Of a DNA stretch of 64,000 bases, positions 57,701-64,000 are shown piece by piece. The notes under the pieces were generated by a model, which was not told where the DNA came from, did no database searches, and saw only the letters and a program-made list of their open reading frames with translations. A program made the position numbers and the translations under genes. This stretch comes from a virus: UHGV virus genome UHGV-1558314. One strand, written 5' to 3'. Every line of letters starts with the position of its first letter. Positions within the stretch are counted from its first letter, which is position 1.

Positions 57701-58111
57701 TTAGAATAGAGATATTGTACAACAATTTGATTCAGGTTGCCATTCTACAATATGCGCATCAAAGTGTTTGTTAAGCCAATGTGCAAGTATGTGTCTATGA
57801 CAAAATGCAGATGGTCTGCACCAACATAACAATACAATGTCTCGTTCGCCTGCAAAAATCTTTATGCGATGCAGCATCAAACTTATCTGTGACAATGCAG
57901 CGTCAAGTTTTGCTGCATATTGCTCTGCATATTGTGCATTGTCAAGCAAGCCTGCTTTATGCAAACGAACAAGTGACATGTAATCAGGCATGACGTCAGT
58001 CCATGTAAAATCTGCTATGAAGCCCTTAGGCTTTGTTGCAGACACTTGAACAAGAAATGCGTTATCAGGCAGATGCCTGCATGCATAATATGAAGTCAAG
58101 ATTCTTGTCAT
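57701..58111 (-). CDS. Hypothetical protein (136 aa), DUF488-like
   Basis: DIVLLCWCRPSAFCHRHILAHWL resembles the conserved DUF488 core; tentative. Confidence 0.55.
   Translation of the reverse strand: MTRILTSYYACRHLPDNAFLVQVSATKPKGFIADFTWTDVMPDYMSLVRLHKAGLLDNAQYAEQYAAKLDAALSQISLMLHRIKIFAGERDIVLLCWCRPSAFCHRHILAHWLNKHFDAHIVEWQPESNCCTISLF
57714..57742 (-). promoter_or_regulatory. Sigma70-like promoter (-10 TACAAT) for polymerase N-part
   Basis: Plus attgtacaac at 57714-57723; -35-like ttgcca at 57737-57742. Confidence 0.45.
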
Positions 58112-59031
58112 TCTACAGTAATTGTTGCAAGTTTGTTAATTGGCTGTATGAACACATCAAAGCTTTTAACAGTGCCAAACGCATTTCGTTTAACTGCATA
58201 TAACATTGTAGTGTTCACATCATGCTTTGCATAGCGAGTTTCAATGACTTGACTGATGTAGCCTTTTGAATCTCGAATGTATTCTATGCTTGTAGCAATT
58301 TTGTTTGCTTTGATAGAGTTTACTGTAATCAATGCGCCATTCTGACCATATGCATATTGCATTGTTGCTGTAGATGGCTTTGCAGCATTCACACTTAACT
58401 GCTGAATGACTTGCATTTTGCGACCATGCGAATCATAGTAATATGTGAATGTGCATGGAAACTTGCCAACCAAACTGTTCAAATGACGCAACTGCTCATA
58501 ATGATAGCTGAACTGCACTACACTACTATTAGATTCACAAATGCTGCTTGGTCTGTAGTAGCCATTGAAGCACCCATACTGAATTGTGTATGTTTCAAAA
58601 TGACCTCTACGATACAAACTAAGCAAACTAAGCATAGTCGTAGCCTCATCAACATGCAAGAACTTAATGTCTGCGCATGCATTGCTCTTGGCATAATCAG
58701 CTGCATTCCACTTATCAACGACTTTCCAAGAGTAGCATTTGATGCTTTGATTGCGCTCATTGACAAAGTGTATGCCATTTGACTGCACCTTTACAATGTC
58801 ATAGCAATTCAAATGACCATTACTGTCAATGAATTTTTGCAGCCAGTTTAAGGCCATAATATTTGTTGCAAATGTCTGTGCAAATGCAATTTGACCATCT
58901 GCAAATGCTGCTGTGTATGTCTTGTTCTTATCGTAGATTGGCAATGTTGCATCTGCATATGATGCTGCTACAAACGCATAGCCAATCACATTATTCTCAG
59001 AACTTAAATTAGAATGTCTCAACTGTTCCAT
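58108..59031 (-). CDS. Hypothetical protein (307 aa)
   Basis: ORF track; no motif. Confidence 0.65.
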   Translation of the reverse strand: MEQLRHSNLSSENNVIGYAFVAASYADATLPIYDKNKTYTAAFADGQIAFAQTFATNIMALNWLQKFIDSNGHLNCYDIVKVQSNGIHFVNERNQSIKCYSWKVVDKWNAADYAKSNACADIKFLHVDEATTMLSLLSLYRRGHFETYTIQYGCFNGYYRPSSICESNSSVVQFSYHYEQLRHLNSLVGKFPCTFTYYYDSHGRKMQVIQQLSVNAAKPSTATMQYAYGQNGALITVNSIKANKIATSIEYIRDSKGYISQVIETRYAKHDVNTTMLYAVKRNAFGTVKSFDVFIQPINKLATITVE

Positions 59032-59240
59032 GTGCCATTACGCTTACGACGTTCAATTTCTGCCTCAACGTCATCAATGTCATGATTTATTTGAGCAAGA
59101 CGAATGTCATTGTCATACTCTTTAAGTAGCTGTTCAAACAAATCTTCTTTGAACTGCTTCAAACGTTCATTTGAAAATGCTCTTACGTTCATATCAAAGT
59201 CTACATTCTTTTTCAAGTTTCTTGTCATTGATGACAACAT
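59019..59240 (-). CDS. Hypothetical small protein (73 aa)
   Basis: ORF track only. Confidence 0.4.
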   Translation of the reverse strand: MLSSMTRNLKKNVDFDMNVRAFSNERLKQFKEDLFEQLLKEYDNDIRLAQINHDIDDVEAEIERRKRNGTWNS

Positions 59241-59763
59241 TCAACAAATAGTTGACATGTTTGCATGAATGACGATACATAAAGCCTGGGCAATCACAAT
59301 ACGCTTGCATTGATTCAGGATATAACACAAGTACATGTGAATTGCCTCGTGAGCCAAAGACTTTGTACTTGACCGGTACTGTCGGCAAGCCAATCAAATT
59401 ATTGACGTCTTGTGAATGTCTGATGTTATGCAGCTGTTTAAGTGAAACCCAGTGTTCTGCGGCTTCAGTAGCAGACATCAAATTAATGCCAAATGCTTGT
59501 TTATATTGCTGTTTGCAAAACAACTGCCATTTGTGTGCATATACAGAGTTCTTTTGCAGTATCTCTTTATGCAACAAATACTCTTCAATATATCTTGGTT
59601 GCCAACGAGTCGACCATGACGCAAATTCAGGCACAAACTGAATGTCTTCAAGAGTTGTGCCTGCTGGTACAGAATGCCAAGCATCACCTGTACATGCATA
59701 AGTGCCTGTTGTTGTTACAATTATTGCCGGATTACATTTGCCAATGATTTGAATCTTGTCCAT
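59194..59763 (-). CDS. SWIM zinc-finger protein (189 aa)
   Basis: CDCPGFMYRHSCKHV (CxC...CxH). Confidence 0.65.
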   Translation of the reverse strand: MDKIQIIGKCNPAIIVTTTGTYACTGDAWHSVPAGTTLEDIQFVPEFASWSTRWQPRYIEEYLLHKEILQKNSVYAHKWQLFCKQQYKQAFGINLMSATEAAEHWVSLKQLHNIRHSQDVNNLIGLPTVPVKYKVFGSRGNSHVLVLYPESMQAYCDCPGFMYRHSCKHVNYLLNVVINDKKLEKECRL

Positions 59764-59806
59764 CTTATTTATGATTTGATGTCTTGTATTTATATTATAT
59801 GTTGAT

Positions 59807-59834
59807 ATTGTACAACGCTAAGTGTCATTTTGCA
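59807..59834 (-). promoter_or_regulatory. Sigma70-like promoter (GTGCAA-N16-TACAAT)
   Basis: Plus attgtacaac at 59807-59816, ttgcac at 59829-59834. Confidence 0.5.
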
Positions 59835-59975
59835 CTGTCGTCACCAATTGTTATTGATGGTGTTGCAAACAATGCAAGCAAACACCAACCACTTTTAGTA
59901 ACTGCACAAGCAACTGCTATTGCAGCAAAGAAGCTTGCATAAATGATTGCTGCAGCAAGCCAACTTGTTTTATCG

Positions 59976-60266
59976 CTATATTTGTTGTTCGATGAGTTCT
60001 CCATTGATAATGTCTTTTCTGATGTAAACGCCCTTTAATGTTGGATGCTGCTGTACAAACGTCATGTGACCAATAACATGCACTTTGTGATTTTTAGGCA
60101 GTACAATGCCATGCTCAAATATAGCATGAGTATCTGTAAATTGCAACAGTTTCACCGGTGCTGTAATACAATTGACAAAGTACAACTTGCCAACTTGCGC
60201 ATCTGCTGCTTTGATTTTGTCTTTCATTGTTATGCAATTTGAGTACTGGCGTATTTTACAAGCCAT
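59976..60266 (-). CDS. Hypothetical protein (96 aa)
   Basis: ORF track. Confidence 0.5.
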   Translation of the reverse strand: MACKIRQYSNCITMKDKIKAADAQVGKLYFVNCITAPVKLLQFTDTHAIFEHGIVLPKNHKVHVIGHMTFVQQHPTLKGVYIRKDIINGELIEQQI

Positions 60267-60508
60267 GCATACACATCATAGTGAAAAATCTTCACATAAT
60301 GCGGCATGCTAAAGCATTCACCACAACTGCAATGCGCATCAATGTTGCCTGTAATAACGTTGTATGTTAGCCGAACAATTTCATATGACTCAGAGCCCAT
60401 TTGACAATGCTGCTTAATGTCAATTGTTCTGCCAAATCGTTTGCGAAACCATATAACAAGTTGTGCATACAAATCATCAATGTTTGATGTCATTGAGCAG
60501 TCTTTCAT
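60230..60508 (-). CDS. Hypothetical protein (92 aa), Cys/His-containing
   Basis: ORF track; HCSCGEC motif. Confidence 0.45.
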   Translation of the reverse strand: MKDCSMTSNIDDLYAQLVIWFRKRFGRTIDIKQHCQMGSESYEIVRLTYNVITGNIDAHCSCGECFSMPHYVKIFHYDVYAWLVKYASTQIA

Positions 60509-60532
60509 ATGCGTAAGGATAGTCGGGATTTG

Positions 60533-60979
60533 TCAGCAAACGCTTAATAAACTGTTGAGCTCAAATTTGCTGTCAAATGATTGAACTGCAGGCCTGCCAA
60601 CAAATTTGAGATATTTGATTGCTTCTTTAGCAAATTTGCCTGCAGAATTACTGTCAAGCATTATGTATGATGTCAAAGTGTCAATCATAAAAATGCTTCG
60701 CCAACTTGGTGCGCCACAAATGACTTCTACTGCATTCCTGTTAGGAATGCGTCGTACACGTACATTAAGAATGGTCATCAAGTCATTCCAAGATGCGTCT
60801 CTGCATGTACATGGCTGCAAATTCCACTGACGTGTCATATGACACCAATATAGAATTGTGTTTGCAGGCAATTCTGCTCGTTCAGCTTTGCTAAGCTTAT
60901 GGCCATCTGCTGCATAGACAGCTTGTCTGCTAATCTGAACAGAGCTAAGCTTGCCTCGTTTGTGTGTAACTGCTACCAT
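60533..60979 (-). CDS. Hypothetical protein (148 aa)
   Basis: ORF track. Confidence 0.55.
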   Translation of the reverse strand: MVAVTHKRGKLSSVQISRQAVYAADGHKLSKAERAELPANTILYWCHMTRQWNLQPCTCRDASWNDLMTILNVRVRRIPNRNAVEVICGAPSWRSIFMIDTLTSYIMLDSNSAGKFAKEAIKYLKFVGRPAVQSFDSKFELNSLLSVC

Positions 60980-61371
60980 GTCTTTGCATAGTTAATGAGC
61001 TGCTTAACATCAAAGAATGCAGGATTGTCGTACGTAGACTTGCTGTAGTCAAAGATGACACAAATGTTGTTGCCAAGCAATCTGCAGTTGCCATAGATTT
61101 TTGCAATCTTTGTGTTACGTTTCTTGTCAACGCAAATATTGATTGCTTGTACTTTCATGACATCAAGCCACTGACCAGTGTATTCATTCTGAACTGCAGA
61201 TGGTTCACAAGTTGGCAATGCAAGCACATATGTCTTACCACTGTCAAGTCGTTCAATGACTTCACCATGATATTGAGGTTCAAGAATGTTGACGCCATTG
61301 ACATCAGGATTTGCTGTTCGTAATGCAACTTTCAATTCTTCTGTAGTTGCGTTGTAATTTATTCTGTACAT
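60973..61371 (-). CDS. Hypothetical protein (about 132 aa)
   Basis: ATG at 61369-61371 (MYRINYNATTEELK); ORF-track extension overlaps upstream membrane protein gene. Confidence 0.5.
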   Translation of the reverse strand: MYRINYNATTEELKVALRTANPDVNGVNILEPQYHGEVIERLDSGKTYVLALPTCEPSAVQNEYTGQWLDVMKVQAINICVDKKRNTKIAKIYGNCRLLGNNICVIFDYSKSTYDNPAFFDVKQLINYAKTW

Positions 61372-61387
61372 ATCTATTGATATTTTG

Positions 61388-61618
61388 TTATTCGAAATCC
61401 GTGTCATCTGCATTTTCATTAGGGTCATAGATAAGCCATACAAATGCTGCACAGCCAAGTATGAATAAGCCTCCGCCAATGATTGTAGTGAAGATTGAGC
61501 CAATGTAGTGTTTTACAATATCGCCAAGCGGATTCAGTGTTTCGTAACCCATCATAAATGCGACAAATACAACTATTATTGCTGCTATTGCTTTGTTTGT
61601 CGTGTTTCGTTTTATCAT
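61388..61618 (-). CDS. Small membrane protein (2 TM helices)
   Basis: AIAAIIVVFVAFMMG and IIGGGLFILGCAAFVWLI; ATG at 61616-61618 preceded by AAAACCTCTACAA. Confidence 0.5.
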   Translation of the reverse strand: MIKRNTTNKAIAAIIVVFVAFMMGYETLNPLGDIVKHYIGSIFTTIIGGGLFILGCAAFVWLIYDPNENADDTDFE

Positions 61619-61741
61619 TATTGTAGAGGTTTTAGTGTTCTGTATATTATGTTCGAATATATGGGGGCATATATTATATATAGATATATTACAACACACA
61701 AATCATTTTTGCACACTTTTATAAACCAAAATTTCACAAAA

Positions 61742-62050
61742 ATGCAAACACAAGAAGTTTTAACGGATGTCATTGACATGTCACAATCAGCTCGCAATTA
61801 TGCGCTTGGCACTGTATGTGACGCAGAAGAGCATGAAGATGCTGTTGACGCAGTTATCGAAGATTACATGCAAGGCGCAAGAGAAATGTACGTCAAGTTG
61901 ACTACATTTGTCAATGTCAATGATGCAGTGCCTACAAATAACTACCCAGTCATTGCAAAGCTTGCAAATGATTCATATGCAATTGCAACATTTGAAAATG
62001 ACATGTGGTCAGTTGACCATATTGTTGCGTGGCGCAAGTTGCACATTTAA
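61742..62050 (+). CDS. Hypothetical acidic protein (102 aa), plus-strand island
   Basis: ATG at 61742 (MQTQEVLTDVIDMSQ); followed by bidirectional terminator. Confidence 0.45.
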   Translation: MQTQEVLTDVIDMSQSARNYALGTVCDAEEHEDAVDAVIEDYMQGAREMYVKLTTFVNVNDAVPTNNYPVIAKLANDSYAIATFENDMWSVDHIVAWRKLHI

Positions 62051-62064
62051 GATTACAGCACAAC

Positions 62065-62095
62065 AAAAAAGTCCGAGCAATGCTCGGACTTTTTT
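62065..62095. terminator. Bidirectional rho-independent terminator
   Basis: aaaaaagtccgagc aat gctcggactttttt. Confidence 0.75.
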
Positions 62096-62111
62096 GTTGT
62101 GCACTGATTGT

Positions 62112-63995
62112 CTATCGAACAATCGATGTAATTGATGCTACTGGTATCGTACCAATGATTGATGTAGTTGAGCGGAAGTCTGCATAGACTTTAATGTCAA
62201 ATGTGAACTCCTTGCCACCAATGTAGCATATGAAATTCATTGTTTTTGTGTATGACAACTTGTTTTGTTGAGTATTGCTGTCAATGTCAGATGAACCAAC
62301 TGCATCAGTCATACGAGCCTGGAACAACAATGGTATCAGCAATGCATTGTTTTCACCAGGCTTAACTACATAAGCTGCAGAATCAGTACTATTCGAAACT
62401 TGCATTTGATTGACTGTTGTCGGATTCAACAGCAAGAATGCGCCACGACTATTTGCGCCGACTGCATAGACGTCGTTGTCTGTGAATGCGCATTTAGGTG
62501 CGTTTTCTGCAGTAAGTTCAAGTGGCAGAATCTGCTGATACTTTGACTTAATAACAGAATTGAACTTAGCAAGTTCTGCAAATGCAGCAGTCAATGCTGC
62601 TTTTGTTTGTTCATTCTTATTTGCTGAGTATGCAATCCATGCAGGATGCTGAACAGACAGCAGATTATATGCGTCTGGTGATACTGTCGACTTCAATGCA
62701 ATCGCTTCATAATCATCGTCATTCTTATGAACAAATTTGCGATTTGCTGCTTGTGCAGAAGTGTCAATGTTTTGTGTTTCTACAGTAGACGATGATGGTG
62801 TTTCTGCAGCAATGTACAGCTTTTCTGTGCCTGTTACGTTTTTCAAACCAGCATACAATGCTTGTCCCATGTATTGACGAGTGCCATACGGCGCCAAGAT
62901 GTCATTGCTGTCATATGCATCGCTGTTAAGCACTACAGGCACATCATAGACATCTGCAAAATCTTGTAGCTTGTCTGTAATATGCTGTGACAAGTCACCA
63001 TGATATCGTGGGTACAATGAAATGTTTTCTGCACCAATGTTGTAGAACTTCAGCCAATATTGTCGAGTAAGCACTTTACCATAGTTGTCTGCTGAAGTGA
63101 TGTCAAACTTATCTGCATAAGTGCCAGCAAACAAAACATTGCTTGAGCCATTCAGAATTTCTGTTTGATTGCCTTCGTCATCTATGATTGCAACTCGAAG
63201 CATCGAGCCTTGATTCAGAATGATGTCTTTGAGCTGCGCGACTTCATTGCTAAGTGACAACAGTTTTTCGTATGTCGTCACTTTTGCAAGCTCTGATGTA
63301 AAGAAGCCTGATGCGATGTTTTGAGCATTGTGAGCATAGTAGATGTTGTTTTCTGAGAATGCATCTGCAATATGCTTGATAAGACCTTTGTTCTCAAGCA
63401 TATTTTCAAGAGCTACATTTTGCTTATCAATTGCAAGTTCATCTTTAAGTGTGACAAACATTGCAGAAGCTGCAAGACTTTCTGGGAATTGAATGCTAAC
63501 AATATTCGACCACTCAGATTCATTGAGTACATTTGGATAGCCTGCTTCGCCAATCGCTTTAACACGGAACTGAACAATCTCATTAGCAGAAATTGGAATT
63601 TCAAGCTGATTGCATGAGATTGCATCAATGGATTCTGAATTGATTGGTTCCCATTGAATGCTACCATCGACAATGATTTTGCGACGAAGTGGCGTAAATA
63701 CTTCATTCCATGTGCTAAATGCTGCTGTCGTAATTGTGCCTGCTGCGTTTTCGATGTCAAATGTGTCTGCCTTTGCTACTGTGCCATTCAATGATGCATA
63801 TCTGTACTGCACCTTGAATTGCACAATGTTTTGTGCTGCAGTAAACCTACTGATTGCAGGGTCTTGTACCGGTAAGAAGCCTCGAACTCTGAACTTTGGA
63901 TTGTACAATGCGTCATATGCAGCACCATTGATATTCAGCATCTCATCAATGATATTTGTGAGTGTTTGCAGTCGTTCTGCTCTTTGCTGAGTCAA
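62112..63995 (-). CDS. Hypothetical large protein (627 aa), probably structural
   Basis: Long ORF with ATG start MTQQRAERLQ; no catalytic motif; NVLNESEW motif. Confidence 0.8.
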   Translation of the reverse strand: MTQQRAERLQTLTNIIDEMLNINGAAYDALYNPKFRVRGFLPVQDPAISRFTAAQNIVQFKVQYRYASLNGTVAKADTFDIENAAGTITTAAFSTWNEVFTPLRRKIIVDGSIQWEPINSESIDAISCNQLEIPISANEIVQFRVKAIGEAGYPNVLNESEWSNIVSIQFPESLAASAMFVTLKDELAIDKQNVALENMLENKGLIKHIADAFSENNIYYAHNAQNIASGFFTSELAKVTTYEKLLSLSNEVAQLKDIILNQGSMLRVAIIDDEGNQTEILNGSSNVLFAGTYADKFDITSADNYGKVLTRQYWLKFYNIGAENISLYPRYHGDLSQHITDKLQDFADVYDVPVVLNSDAYDSNDILAPYGTRQYMGQALYAGLKNVTGTEKLYIAAETPSSSTVETQNIDTSAQAANRKFVHKNDDDYEAIALKSTVSPDAYNLLSVQHPAWIAYSANKNEQTKAALTAAFAELAKFNSVIKSKYQQILPLELTAENAPKCAFTDNDVYAVGANSRGAFLLLNPTTVNQMQVSNSTDSAAYVVKPGENNALLIPLLFQARMTDAVGSSDIDSNTQQNKLSYTKTMNFICYIGGKEFTFDIKVYADFRSTTSIIGTIPVASITSIVR

Positions 63996-64000
63996 TGTAA

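Noticed and set aside
61640-61670. tRNA T-loop-like GTTCGAATA in an intergenic region
   Set aside because: Surrounding sequence is an AT-rich promoter without acceptor or anticodon stems; no tRNA could be folded by eye anywhere in the window, though a formal scan was not possible

Overview
This 64-kb window looks like part of a large virulent tailed dsDNA phage genome with T4-type hallmarks. All annotation is from reading the sequence and the supplied ORF track; no database search or computation was run, so protein functions rest on motifs recognised by eye and coordinates of small elements are approximate. About 95% of coding capacity is on the minus strand, arranged as hairpin-terminator / promoter / gene cassettes; three short plus-strand islands sit between bidirectional terminators. 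Supported genes include a GyrB-like topoisomerase II ATPase (truncated at the window edge), a class II ribonucleotide reductase interrupted by a mini-intein, a family-B DNA polymerase encoded as two separate ORFs about 3.5 kb apart, dUTPase-like and MazG-like proteins, a gp55-like late sigma factor, a RuvC-like resolvase, a holin-like protein with an M15-peptidase endolysin, a GC-rich putative major capsid protein, and a gp21-like prohead protease fused to a 1316-aa protein. Sheath, tube and portal assignments are tentative. Two promoter classes are visible: a sigma70-like TTGCAA-N17-TACAAT embedded in the palindrome GTTGTACAAT, and an AT-rich TATATAAT-like late class. No Shine-Dalgarno sequences are evident. 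The most interesting candidate system is a nucleotide-sugar module (arabinose-5-phosphate-isomerase-like SIS protein, HAD phosphatase split by a frameshift, fused nucleotidyltransferase/kinase, next to a dNMP-kinase-like gene) that may serve DNA glycosylation or surface modification. Other notable points are a five-member family of homing-endonuclease-like genes (one with an in-frame TAG), a recurrent xVNE motif that looks like a prohead-protease cleavage site, a lipoprotein-type retropepsin-like protease, and an HExxH membrane protein with a hexanucleotide-repeat-encoded (PE)n tract. The ORF track extends many N-termini through TTG codons into promoters; starts were reset to the first plausible ATG.
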